Source: an uncultured Alphaproteobacteria bacterium (GTDB taxonomy: Bacteria; Pseudomonadota; Alphaproteobacteria; HIMB59; GCA-002718135). From it: DNA of 64,000 nucleotides. The stretch is taken from the NCBI GenBank assembly GCA_902614375.1, contig CACMKZ010000002.1, forward strand, positions 14,477-78,476, written 5' to 3'. Each line of letters begins with the position of its first letter. Within the stretch, counting starts at the first letter, position 1. The notes under the pieces are model-generated. The model was given only the letters and a program-made list of their open reading frames with translations, did not search any database and was not told the origin of the DNA. Shown here one piece after another: positions 53,813 through 63,418 of this stretch. The translations under genes were made by a program, and so were the position numbers.

Positions 53813-56740
53813 ATGACAAATACAATTCAAATTCTCTCCATTGAGAAGACAGGGAAAGAAAGTTCACTACAAAAAGAACACAATAATAAATCCATCAAAA
53901 TTATAGATGGATATTTCTTTTCGACAAACCTTGATGATCAAAAGTTTACTAAAATTAGTAAACTTATTTCTAATGACGTTTCTCAAACAATATTAACAAA
54001 AAAAAATGTAAATAAGGTTTTATCTGGTTATAGTAATTTTAACTGGGTTGTAGAAATAAAATTTTTACCAGGTGTAACTGATAATATTGCTACAACTGTA
54101 AAAGAAATAATCAAAGATAATCTTAAAAGTAGTTTTAAAAGCTTTGAACTTGGTTCAACAAAAATTATTTTAATAAAAGGAAGAAAAGAAGATATTACCA
54201 AAATATCTAAAAATGAAGCAAATCCCTTAATTCAAACAATTAAGATTTATCCATTTAAAAAATATTTAAATAATTTTAAAAAAAATCAATTTAAAATAGA
54301 AAAGGTAAAATTACCGAAAAAAAAATATAGTAAAAAAGAAATTAATTTAAATATTTCTGATCATCAACTCAGTCTTATTGGTAAACTTGGTATTGAAGAA
54401 AATGATAAATCTAGAAGGGGAACACTTGGCTTAGATCTGGAATCTCTAAAAGCCATAAGAAATTATTTTTCCACTATAAAACGTAAACCAACAGATGTAG
54501 AAATTGAAACATTAGCACAGACGTGGTCCGAGCATTGTAAACACAAAATATTTTCAGCTAAGATTGATGATATTCACGAAGGTATATTTAAAAAATACAT
54601 TAAAGGCGCAACTGAAAAAATTATTCAATTAAGAAAAGATAATTTTTGTGTTTCTCTTTTTACGGATAATGCCGGTGGAATAGAATTCAATAAAGATTGG
54701 ATTATTTGTCATAAAGTTGAAACACATAATACGCCTTCAGCCTTAGATCCATTTGGCGGTGCCATCACTGGAATTGTTGGTGTTAATAGGGATTGTCTTG
54801 GATTTGGGAAAGGAGCAAAACCTATAGCGAATACGTATGCATATTATTTAGCAGACCCGAATAAGAAATATCAATTGTATCGTCAAAAAAATAAGGATCC
54901 AATGCTTCCAGCAAATTTTATTGCGAAGGGCATTATAAGTGGTGTTAGAGTTGGAGGAAATTGTTCGGGTATTCCTACTCCACAAGGTAATGTGTATTTT
55001 GATGATCGGTTTGCAGGAAAGCCTCTTGTGTTTTGTGGAACAGTTGGGATTATTCCAAAAAAAATAAAAGGAAAATTATCACATAAGAAGAAAGCTAATC
55101 CAGGAGATATCATACTAATGGCTGGAGGCAGAGTAGGAAAAGATGGTATTCACGGTGCAACATTTTCATCGGAAGAGTTAGATCCTAATAGTCCAGTTTC
55201 TGCCGTACAAATTGGTGATCCAATAACACAAAAGAAAATGTCTGATGTCATCATTAGAGAATTGCGTGATGAAAATCTTTACTCGAGCATAACAGATAAT
55301 GGGGCTGGAGGATTATCATCATCAATTGGAGAAATGGCAAAAGAGAGTGGTGGTTTTATAGTTAATCTTGAAAAAGTTCCCCTCAAATATAATGGTTTAT
55401 ATCCTTGGGAGATTTGGGTTTCTGAATCACAAGAAAGAATGACACTAGCAGTACCTCCGAAGAATGTAAAAAAAGTTATAAAGAGATTTAATGTAAGAGG
55501 TGTAGAAGCAACAATAATTGGTAAGTTTATTAAAAAAGAAAAAGCTATAGTAAAATATAATAAAACTGAAATTCTCAATTTAGATATGGAATTTCTTCAT
55601 GAAGGTTATCCTAAATTAAATTTAAAAACATCTTTTCCAAAAATTAAAAAAGAGAAGAAAAAAATAATTAAAAAAAGTTCCTTAATAGATAAATTACATA
55701 AACTTCTCTCTAGTCCAAATATTGTATCAAAAGAATTTATAGCCACGCAATATGATCACGAAGTACAAGCAACCTCCATTATAAAACCATTACAAGGCGA
55801 AGGCAGAGTTTTTGGAAATGCTACTGCTATTAAACCTCTATTTGATGATGAAAAATCAATAGCTCTTTCTCAAGCTGCTTATCCTCAGTACGCCGAAACA
55901 AATCCTTATGATATGGCTGGGTGCTCTATCGATACAGCATATAAAAATTTAATTGTAAGTGGTGCCAACTCAAAAAAAATTGCAATTCTTGATAACTTTT
56001 GTTGGTGCAGCTCCGATGAACCTGATCGCTTATATCAATTGAAAGAAGCAGCAAAAGCTTGTTATGATTATGCAGTTGCGTACCAAACACCTTTTATTTC
56101 AGGAAAAGATAGTATGTTTAATGATTTTAAAGGTTTTGATAAAACTGGAAAATCAGTAAAAATTTCAATACCTCCAACATTGCTTATTTCTTCTATTGGA
56201 GTGGTAGATAAAATTTCACACTTAACAAAAATAACACCAGATGATGGTGATATACTTTTAGTTTTAGGAGCTACCCGTAATGAATTACAGGATAGTGTTT
56301 ATTCCAAAATTATAGGTTATGAAAAATCAAAAAATCCAGTTGTAAATAGCAAGGATGCACTTCGCACATATAGAAATTTTGAAAAAGCTAACAAACTCGG
56401 AATTATAAATTCTGCAATTGGAATAGATTTGGGTGGACTTGGAATTGCAGTTACAAAGATGGCAATTGCTTCAAAGAAAGGTTTTACCATTGATTTAAAA
56501 CTTAAAAATAAAATCTCAGTTGACCAATTTTTATTTTCTGAAACACAAAGCAGAATTCTTGTTTCCATGAAAAAAAATAAGTTAGCCAATTTTAAAAAAA
56601 TATTTAAAGCTTCTGATTATACAATTATTGGTAAATGTACGGGCTCAGATGTAATTGAGTTTAAAGATAACAAAAAAATTATGAGAGGTAAAATTTCAGA
56701 TTTTGCTAAGTCATACAAACAAAATATTAAAGGGTTATGA
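53813..56740 (+). CDS. purL: FGAM synthase subunit PurL with N-terminal PurS-like extension (PurS-PurL fusion)
   Basis: 975 aa. The canonical small-PurL core starts near aa 176 (WSEHCKHK at aa 238-245; the equivalent motif sits near aa 51 in B. subtilis PurL). In the extension, aa 75-147 (NWVVEIKFLPGVTDNIATTVKEII...ANPLIQTIKIY) resemble PurS. No separate purS is present in the cluster. Confidence 0.88.
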   Translation: MTNTIQILSIEKTGKESSLQKEHNNKSIKIIDGYFFSTNLDDQKFTKISKLISNDVSQTILTKKNVNKVLSGYSNFNWVVEIKFLPGVTDNIATTVKEIIKDNLKSSFKSFELGSTKIILIKGRKEDITKISKNEANPLIQTIKIYPFKKYLNNFKKNQFKIEKVKLPKKKYSKKEINLNISDHQLSLIGKLGIEENDKSRRGTLGLDLESLKAIRNYFSTIKRKPTDVEIETLAQTWSEHCKHKIFSAKIDDIHEGIFKKYIKGATEKIIQLRKDNFCVSLFTDNAGGIEFNKDWIICHKVETHNTPSALDPFGGAITGIVGVNRDCLGFGKGAKPIANTYAYYLADPNKKYQLYRQKNKDPMLPANFIAKGIISGVRVGGNCSGIPTPQGNVYFDDRFAGKPLVFCGTVGIIPKKIKGKLSHKKKANPGDIILMAGGRVGKDGIHGATFSSEELDPNSPVSAVQIGDPITQKKMSDVIIRELRDENLYSSITDNGAGGLSSSIGEMAKESGGFIVNLEKVPLKYNGLYPWEIWVSESQERMTLAVPPKNVKKVIKRFNVRGVEATIIGKFIKKEKAIVKYNKTEILNLDMEFLHEGYPKLNLKTSFPKIKKEKKKIIKKSSLIDKLHKLLSSPNIVSKEFIATQYDHEVQATSIIKPLQGEGRVFGNATAIKPLFDDEKSIALSQAAYPQYAETNPYDMAGCSIDTAYKNLIVSGANSKKIAILDNFCWCSSDEPDRLYQLKEAAKACYDYAVAYQTPFISGKDSMFNDFKGFDKTGKSVKISIPPTLLISSIGVVDKISHLTKITPDDGDILLVLGATRNELQDSVYSKIIGYEKSKNPVVNSKDALRTYRNFEKANKLGIINSAIGIDLGGLGIAVTKMAIASKKGFTIDLKLKNKISVDQFLFSETQSRILVSMKKNKLANFKKIFKASDYTIIGKCTGSDVIEFKDNKKIMRGKISDFAKSYKQNIKGL

Positions 56741-57501
56741 ACGTATTAGTTTTGTCAGGTTATGGTATTAATTGTGAAAATGAAACACTACATGCATTTG
56801 AAGTAGTAGGATTTAAAGGAAAAATTATTCATATTAATGATCTGATTCAAAATCCTAAACAACTTTATAACTATCAAGTATTCGCTATACCTGGTGGTTT
56901 TTCTTATGGCGATGATACAGGTTCAGGAAATGCAATGGCGAAAAAAATTATGACCAATTTGTATGATCAGTTAACAGATTTTTCATTAAAAGATAAATTA
57001 ATCATAGGTATTTGTAATGGATGCCAAATATTAATTAATCTTGGATTAGTACCAAGTCTAAATAAAAAAGATCCAGAAGTAGCATTGATTGAAAATAAAT
57101 CTGGTAGCTATGAGTGTCGATGGGTTGATGTAAAAGTAAGTAATAATAAATCACCATGGCTAGAAAATATTAGTACGCTGAACTTGCCTGTTGCCCATCA
57201 AGAAGGGCAATTTATGATACCTATTAATATATTAAAAAGTATTAAAGCTAATAACCTTATTGGTTTGCAATACATTGATCATCATAAAAAATTAGCAAAA
57301 GGTCAATTTCCTTTTAATCCGAATGGATCTAAAGATGATATTGCTGCGTTAACAAATCAAAATGGTAATGTTCTTGCAATGATGCCTCATCCTGAAAGAG
57401 CATTTTATCATTATCATATTCCCAATTGGCAAAGTAAAACCTTAAAAAAATTTGGGGATGGATATAAAATTTTTATGAACGCAAAAAAATTCTTTGCATA
57501 A
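56737..57501 (+). CDS. purQ: FGAM synthase glutamine amidotransferase subunit
   Basis: 254 aa. PGGFSYGD, catalytic GICNGCQ, MMPHPER. Confidence 0.9.
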   Translation: MNVLVLSGYGINCENETLHAFEVVGFKGKIIHINDLIQNPKQLYNYQVFAIPGGFSYGDDTGSGNAMAKKIMTNLYDQLTDFSLKDKLIIGICNGCQILINLGLVPSLNKKDPEVALIENKSGSYECRWVDVKVSNNKSPWLENISTLNLPVAHQEGQFMIPINILKSIKANNLIGLQYIDHHKKLAKGQFPFNPNGSKDDIAALTNQNGNVLAMMPHPERAFYHYHIPNWQSKTLKKFGDGYKIFMNAKKFFA

Positions 57502-57502
57502 A

Positions 57503-58552
57503 TTATACTGCTATATCTACTATTTTTTTCATCACGGTTGGCATTCTAGAGCTAGAATAAGAAGATTTCTTTATCCAATTACTTTTTGATAATTTTGCTT
57601 TTTTAACATTGCCATAAAAAATTTCTGTCTCTAAATCAAAATGACTAAATGAATATTCAAATGAGCCTTTAGATTGTAATTTTGTTTTTATTTTTTGTAT
57701 ATCTTGATCAGTGGTTAATAATTTCTTATTTTTAACCCAGACATCATTTGGTACTTCAAGCATGGAAGCCAACATTCCTTTATTTGGTCTACTTCGCACA
57801 AGGATTTCATTTTTTTCATTCACAATTACATAAGCTCTTGTATACTTTATAGGTTTAGTAGTTTTCTTTTTTAGTTTTAAAGGAATTTTTTGCTGTAAAT
57901 TTTTTTTATATGATTGGCAAAATTTATTAATTCCACAAATATTACATTTGGGGTTTCTTGGAAGACAGATCTCTGATCCGTAATCCATAAAAGACTGAAT
58001 TAAATTTGAAGAATATTTATCTGAGATGAATTTTTTTCCTAAATCTTTAAGTTTATTTTTGACTTTATTAATTGGTTTATCGATAGCATATAACCTAACC
58101 AAAATTCTCTCAATATTAGCATCAAGTGGCATAACTGATTGATTATATCCTATTCCAAGAATTGCTTTTGCTGTGTAATCTCCAATGCCAGGAAGTTGGA
58201 TGAGTTCATCATAAGTTTTTGGTATATTATTTTTAAAATTTTTATGAATTATTTTTGCAGACTTTAATAAATTTCTTGCTCTTGAATAATAACCAAGGCC
58301 TGACCAGAACTTTAAAATATTTGGTTCTGAAGTTTGCGCTAATTTATTTAGTGAAGGCCATTTTAAAATAAAATCATTAAATTTATTTTTTACGGTATTT
58401 ACTGTTGTTTGTTGGAGCATATATTCACTTACAAACACAAAGTATGGATCAGGTAAATTTAGAGTATTTTTCTTCCGCCACGGTAAATTTCTGGCATTCA
58501 CGGAATACCATTGAAGCAAAAAATTTATTACTTGTGTTTCGTGTTTAAACAT
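57503..58552 (-). CDS. mutY: A/G-specific adenine DNA glycosylase
   Basis: 349 aa. HhH-GPD LPGIGDYTAKAILGIGY, 4Fe-4S loop C.PRNPKCNICGINKFC, and a C-terminal NUDIX-like domain. Confidence 0.88.
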   Translation of the reverse strand: MFKHETQVINFLLQWYSVNARNLPWRKKNTLNLPDPYFVFVSEYMLQQTTVNTVKNKFNDFILKWPSLNKLAQTSEPNILKFWSGLGYYSRARNLLKSAKIIHKNFKNNIPKTYDELIQLPGIGDYTAKAILGIGYNQSVMPLDANIERILVRLYAIDKPINKVKNKLKDLGKKFISDKYSSNLIQSFMDYGSEICLPRNPKCNICGINKFCQSYKKNLQQKIPLKLKKKTTKPIKYTRAYVIVNEKNEILVRSRPNKGMLASMLEVPNDVWVKNKKLLTTDQDIQKIKTKLQSKGSFEYSFSHFDLETEIFYGNVKKAKLSKSNWIKKSSYSSSRMPTVMKKIVDIAV

Positions 58553-58585
58553 ATTGCTTTCATATTTAGGTACTATAAATTATTT

Positions 58586-59107
58586 ATGCATATGGACAAA
58601 AAAAATATAAAGCAAAAAAGAACATTTGTTCCACAATCTATAGGCGATACTCTAAGGAAGGTTAATCGAAAATTTTCCTCTAAATATAATCGTACAGAAT
58701 TTATAATTAACTCCAAATGGCCTGAAATTGCTGGTAGTTATTTTAAAGAATATTCAGAGCCTTTAAATGTTTCAAGGGTGCGTGATTTTGAGAACGATGT
58801 AGGTGAGACAGTATATAAAAATTATCTAAATGTGAGTGTTGCTCCAGCTGCAGCCATTGAATTTCAACACTTTAAGGACACTATAATTGAAAAAATTAAT
58901 ACTTATTTTGGCTATAAAGCTATAATAGACTTGAGAATTCATCAAAATTACATACCTAAGTATATTCATATGAAACAAAGTAAGAAAAAACAAATAGATA
59001 AAGATGACATAGAATTTGTTAAGCAAAACATTAAAGAATTTCAAAATTCTGATTTAAAAAAATCGCTATTAAATTTAGGTAATAAAATTACAACTGAGGA
59101 CAAATAA
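58586..59107 (+). CDS. DUF721-family protein (DciA-like)
   Basis: ORF opens at 58511 inside mutY; ATG 58586 (or 58592) is preferred. WPEIAGSYFKEYSEPLNVS....LNVSVAPAAAIEFQH fits the DUF721 pattern. The position between mutY and dsbA-like/smc is a common alphaproteobacterial arrangement (from memory). Confidence 0.6.
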   Translation: MHMDKKNIKQKRTFVPQSIGDTLRKVNRKFSSKYNRTEFIINSKWPEIAGSYFKEYSEPLNVSRVRDFENDVGETVYKNYLNVSVAPAAAIEFQHFKDTIIEKINTYFGYKAIIDLRIHQNYIPKYIHMKQSKKKQIDKDDIEFVKQNIKEFQNSDLKKSLLNLGNKITTEDK

Positions 59108-59718
59108 TGAAAATTAAAATTTTATTTATTTCTATTATACTATCACTACTTTTTATTACTGCCAAAGCAGCTGAAAACTCAATACTAGATGTTAAAGATA
59201 ATGATTTTTATATTGGGGAAGAAAATGCCCCAATCACAATTATAGAATATGCTTCAATGTCTTGTAGTCACTGTGCAGATTTTCATAATGATACCCTAGA
59301 AGAATTAAAAAAAGAGTTTATTGATACTGGTAAAGTTAAGTTTATTTTTCGTGATTTTCCCTTTAATTATCCGGCTCTTGCTGGAAGTATGATTTTAAGA
59401 TGTGTCCCAGAAGATGTAAGATATGATTACATGAATGGCCTTTATAAACTCCAAAATAATTGGGTTAATAGAGATCATTCAAAAACAAAGTCCGAGTTAT
59501 ACAAAATAATGCAAAGTGGCGGTATGCAACAAGAAGATTTTGATGCATGTTTAAGTAATGTGGATTTAGAGAATCAATTACTTGAGGGTGTAATGGAAGC
59601 GCAAAGAGAATATAAAATAGGCTCCACTCCGTCATTCATTGTTAATGGAGTTTTATATTCCGGGAATAAAAACATAAAAGAGTTTAGACAAATCATCGAT
59701 AAAATATTATCACAATAG
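59107..59718 (+). CDS. DsbA-like thiol:disulfide oxidoreductase
   Basis: 203 aa. Signal peptide, thioredoxin-fold active site SCSHC, and GSTPSFIVNG near the C-terminus. Confidence 0.8.
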   Translation: MKIKILFISIILSLLFITAKAAENSILDVKDNDFYIGEENAPITIIEYASMSCSHCADFHNDTLEELKKEFIDTGKVKFIFRDFPFNYPALAGSMILRCVPEDVRYDYMNGLYKLQNNWVNRDHSKTKSELYKIMQSGGMQQEDFDACLSNVDLENQLLEGVMEAQREYKIGSTPSFIVNGVLYSGNKNIKEFRQIIDKILSQ

Positions 59719-59721
59719 TTG

Positions 59722-62367
59722 ATGATTAATTTTAGGACCCTTAAAGTCAAAGGCTTTAAGTCTTTTGTTGAACCCACAGAAATTTTGATTGAAAATGGCT
59801 TAACAGGTATTGTTGGTCCAAACGGATGTGGTAAATCTAATCTTGTAGAGGCTTTTAGGTTTGTTATGGGTGAACTTTCTCCAAAACAAATGAGAGGAAG
59901 TGAATTAGACGATGTTATCTTTAATGGAACAGATGATAGACCAGCATGGGATATTGCCGAGGTTACTATAGATTTAGATAATAAAGCAAGAAAAGCACCA
60001 AGTATTTTCAATGAAAATGATACTATTGAAGTCACTAGAAGAATTTGGCGAGGTGAAGGCTCAGAATATAGAGTTAATGGCAAGGAGGTGCGTTTAAAGG
60101 ATGTGCAATTGCTATTTGCTGATGCAGCAACAGGTGCTCGTTCAACATCGATGGTTAGTCAAGGTAGAGTTGGTGCTATTATCGCTGCTAAGCCAGAGCA
60201 AAGAAGAACATTACTTGAAGAAGCTGCGGGAATTACAGGTCTGCATTCAAGGCGACATGAAGCTGAATTGCGATTAAATGCGACTGAAAATAATTTAGAG
60301 CGTGTTAAGGACGTATTAAAAGCACAAGATGAACAATTAACAATATTAAAGAAACAATCTAAACAAGCCGAAAGATATAAGTACATCCAAAAAGATATTA
60401 CTAAAGCAAGAGCAAGATTATTTTATAAGAAATGGATTGATGAAAAAGATAAATTAAAAAATGCTAATGAAAAAATTCAATCTGAAACAAATGTAGTAAA
60501 TGATCAAACACAGGTTGTAGCAAAAATAAATATCGAATTTGAAAAAGTTCAAGAAAGTCTTCCAAACCTTAGACTCCAAGAAAGTAAGGTTGCAGCTGAA
60601 CTACAAAAATATTCAATTAGTTTAGAAAATCAAGAAAAAGAAATTGAAAGAGCAAATATTGCAGTAGACGAAACAAAAGTCCGTATAGAGCAAATTAAAA
60701 ATGATATTGATAGAGAAAAATTTTTATATGAAGATGCAAAACAAAATCTTGAAAGAGTACAAGAAGAAAAATCAATACTTTTAAAACAACAAGGTGATCT
60801 TTTTATTCAAAATGATGATGATCAAAATAATGAAAATGTTTCTAATAAAAAAAATAATAACCCAATAATTGATTATCTAGATTTTGAAGATGGTCTTGAA
60901 CAAGCAATTGCTGCAGTTTTTTCAGATGAATTAATTGCATCTATTGATGAAGAACAAAGCATTTTTTGGAGAAAATTAGATGTGGAAGATTCTTCCTTTA
61001 ACTCAGAAATTACAAAATTTTCTTCTCTAATCAAAGCACCAGATAATTTGAAAAAGAAATTAGAATTTGTTGGATTAATAGAAAATAAGGAAAATATTTT
61101 AGAAATTCAAAAAACCTTAAAGCCAGGACAAATATTAGTCAGCAAACTAGGAGAAATTTGGAGATGGGATGGCTATGTATCCAGAGGTAAACAAAATAAT
61201 TCTACTAAAGCCATATTGGAGCAATTAAAAAATAGACGAATAAAGCAATTAAGTGCTGAAGAAAAACAATGGAATGATATTTCTTCAAAAGCAAATCAAA
61301 GAATAGAAGAGTTAAATTCAAGGCAAAGTTCATTAATTGGTGAATTATCAAATCTCCAATCCGTTCCTGAAGATGTATCAAGTGAAAAATTAAAAATACA
61401 AAAGTTGATTGATGAAAATAAAAGTTCTTATGAACAAATAGCTGAGCAGCTTCGTCAAACTGAACAAAATTCTAATGAGATCAATAAGAAATTAAAATTA
61501 GAAGAAATTAAATTAAATGAACTACGAGAAGAGAGAATCAGAACTGAAGGTCAAATTAATACAATTAATGAAGCAATTAAATTATTATCTACTCAAGTAA
61601 AAGAAAGATTGAGTGTAGATCTAGAAGAACTTTACAATATTGGAGAAATCAATCCAAATAAAGTTTTAGGCGAGACTGATTATTTAGAAAAAAAGCTAGA
61701 GAGACTAATTGGAGAACAAGAACGTTTAGGTGGTGTTAATCTTCTCGCAGAACAAGAGTCAAAAGATTTAGAAGAAAAAGTCAATACGATAAAGAAAGAT
61801 CAAAGCGACCTTTTAAGTGCGATTGCAAAACTAAGGGAAGCAATTGATTCACTTAATACAGAAGGTAGACAACGCTTACTTGCTGCATATGGAATAGTAA
61901 ATGAAAATTTTCAAAAGTTATTTACCAGGTTGTTTGGTGGTGGAAAGGCTTATCTAAAGTTTACAGATGAGTCAGATCCTCTTCAAGCTGGTTTAGAAAT
62001 ATTTGCTAGTCCTCCTGGAAAAAAATTACAAAATCTAAATTTACTTTCTGGAGGTGAGCAAGCTCTTACAGCCTTATCATTATTATTTGCTGTATTTTTA
62101 TCAAACCCAGCTCCAATTTGTGTACTTGATGAGGTTGACGCTCCATTAGATGATACTAATGTTGATAGATTTTGTTCATTAGTGGAGGAAATAGCTAAAA
62201 CTTCTTCAACAAAATTCTTAGTAATAACTCACCATAGAATGACAATGGCGAGAGTAAATAGATTATTTGGTGTTACTATGCCTGAGAAAGGTGTATCACA
62301 ATTAGTTTCCGTTGATCTTGAAAAAGCAATTGAGATAAAAGAGCAAGACGCTACAAATGAATTATAA
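59722..62367 (+). CDS. smc: Chromosome partition protein SMC (short-armed, 881 aa)
   Basis: Head N-lobe FKSF...GIVGPNGCGKSN. Hinge-like centre (IIDYLDFEDGLEQAIAAVF...; ...ILVSKLGEIWRWDGYVSRG). C-lobe LSGGEQALTALSLLFA, VLDEVDAPLDD. TTG at 59719 or ATG at 59722. Confidence 0.88.
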   Translation: MINFRTLKVKGFKSFVEPTEILIENGLTGIVGPNGCGKSNLVEAFRFVMGELSPKQMRGSELDDVIFNGTDDRPAWDIAEVTIDLDNKARKAPSIFNENDTIEVTRRIWRGEGSEYRVNGKEVRLKDVQLLFADAATGARSTSMVSQGRVGAIIAAKPEQRRTLLEEAAGITGLHSRRHEAELRLNATENNLERVKDVLKAQDEQLTILKKQSKQAERYKYIQKDITKARARLFYKKWIDEKDKLKNANEKIQSETNVVNDQTQVVAKINIEFEKVQESLPNLRLQESKVAAELQKYSISLENQEKEIERANIAVDETKVRIEQIKNDIDREKFLYEDAKQNLERVQEEKSILLKQQGDLFIQNDDDQNNENVSNKKNNNPIIDYLDFEDGLEQAIAAVFSDELIASIDEEQSIFWRKLDVEDSSFNSEITKFSSLIKAPDNLKKKLEFVGLIENKENILEIQKTLKPGQILVSKLGEIWRWDGYVSRGKQNNSTKAILEQLKNRRIKQLSAEEKQWNDISSKANQRIEELNSRQSSLIGELSNLQSVPEDVSSEKLKIQKLIDENKSSYEQIAEQLRQTEQNSNEINKKLKLEEIKLNELREERIRTEGQINTINEAIKLLSTQVKERLSVDLEELYNIGEINPNKVLGETDYLEKKLERLIGEQERLGGVNLLAEQESKDLEEKVNTIKKDQSDLLSAIAKLREAIDSLNTEGRQRLLAAYGIVNENFQKLFTRLFGGGKAYLKFTDESDPLQAGLEIFASPPGKKLQNLNLLSGGEQALTALSLLFAVFLSNPAPICVLDEVDAPLDDTNVDRFCSLVEEIAKTSSTKFLVITHHRMTMARVNRLFGVTMPEKGVSQLVSVDLEKAIEIKEQDATNEL

Positions 62368-62644
62368 AAATAAAAATTTAGAAGAATTAGGTAAAAAAAT
62401 TGATGATTTAGATAATCAAAATAAAGAACCTAATATTAAAAAAAAAGAAAGTGGTGCAGGATTTGGTTTTAAAATTAGTACAGAAATTATAGCTGCACTA
62501 GTTGTTGGAGTTGGAATTGGGCTTATTGTGGATAATTACTTTAATACTAAACCAATAGGCTTAATTATTTTCTTCATATTTGGCGCATTAGCTGGATTTT
62601 TGAACGTTTATCGTGTAATGCGTCGCATTGAAAAGCAAAGGTAA
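62357..62644 (+). CDS. atpI: AtpI/AtpZ-like ATP synthase accessory protein
   Basis: 95 aa. Two TM spans with ..GIGLIVD...T.P...IFFIFGALAGFLNVYR. Sits immediately upstream of atpB as in alphaproteobacterial F0 operons. Confidence 0.7.
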   Translation: MNYKNKNLEELGKKIDDLDNQNKEPNIKKKESGAGFGFKISTEIIAALVVGVGIGLIVDNYFNTKPIGLIIFFIFGALAGFLNVYRVMRRIEKQR

Positions 62645-62665
62645 TTTTAATATTCAATATCAATT

Positions 62666-63400
62666 ATGGCCGCAAAAGATAGTCCTCTAAAACAGTTCGA
62701 AATAGATCCAATATCTAATATTGAACTTGGAGGTTATAACATTTCTTTCACAAACTCATCTTTTGCAATGCTAATTACTGTTTTAGTGATTACTCTATTT
62801 TTAACCTTAACAGTGAACACAAGATCAATTATCCCTTCTAGGATGCAGCTTATCTCAGAGCTTATGTATAATTTTATTGCTCAGCTACTCTCTGATACAG
62901 TTGGAGATAATGGAAAAAGATATTTCCCATTTGTTTTCTCTTTATTCATGTTTGTACTAATTGGAAATATGGTTGGAATGATACCATATCAATTTACTTT
63001 CACGAGTCACATCATTGTTACATTTGCATTAGCAGCAGTTGTATTTATTGGCGTAACTATTCTTGGATTTATTAACCATGGTATTAAATTTTTTACTTTC
63101 TTCTATATACCAGGTGTACCGTTTTACATGCATCCACTGCTTATTCCCATTGAGGTAATTTCTTATTTATCAAGACCTATAAGTTTATCAGTTAGATTAT
63201 TTGCAAACATGCTGGCTGGTCACACACTACTAAAAGTGTTTGCAGGATTTGTTGTTTCCATGCCATTTTTTACAGGAGTTTTTCCTTTAGCTTTCATTGT
63301 AGCTTTAACAGGATTAGAAATTTTAATTGCTTTTTTGCAAGCATATGTGTTTGCAATACTGACGTGTTTATATATTAACGATGCTTATCATTTACATTAA
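62666..63400 (+). CDS. atpB: ATP synthase F0 subunit a
   Basis: 244 aa. Essential Arg context SLSVRLFANMLAGH, and five hydrophobic spans. Confidence 0.92.
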   Translation: MAAKDSPLKQFEIDPISNIELGGYNISFTNSSFAMLITVLVITLFLTLTVNTRSIIPSRMQLISELMYNFIAQLLSDTVGDNGKRYFPFVFSLFMFVLIGNMVGMIPYQFTFTSHIIVTFALAAVVFIGVTILGFINHGIKFFTFFYIPGVPFYMHPLLIPIEVISYLSRPISLSVRLFANMLAGHTLLKVFAGFVVSMPFFTGVFPLAFIVALTGLEILIAFLQAYVFAILTCLYINDAYHLH

Positions 63401-63418
63401 TTTAAAATAGGAGGACTT

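Noticed and set aside
5675-59721. Upstream-extended start codons given by the ORF track: TTG 5675, 18543, 45756 (TTG), 49401, 58511, 59719 (TTG).
   Set aside because: The extensions overlap neighbouring genes or add non-conserved residues. Downstream ATGs (5693, 18516, 45765, 49359, 58586, 59722) give compact junctions or family-typical N-termini. These choices remain unverified.
59574-60083. 169-aa minus-strand ORF spanning the dsbA-like/smc junction.
   Set aside because: It overlaps the strongly supported SMC Walker-A head and the DsbA C-terminus, and its product has no recognisable motif.
835-60386. About 35 short ORFs (60-170 aa) from the six-frame track, nested inside or antisense to larger genes. 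Examples: 835-1074, 1426-1641, 2072-2323, 3254-3445, 7784-7984, 20596-20808, 31216-31464, 46970-47320, 55279-55578, 60159-60386.
   Set aside because: Each lies wholly within a longer ORF that has clear family motifs. Their translations are low-complexity or hydrophobic artefacts of reading AT-rich or Gly/Ala-rich codons in another frame, and none has its own spacer or RBS.
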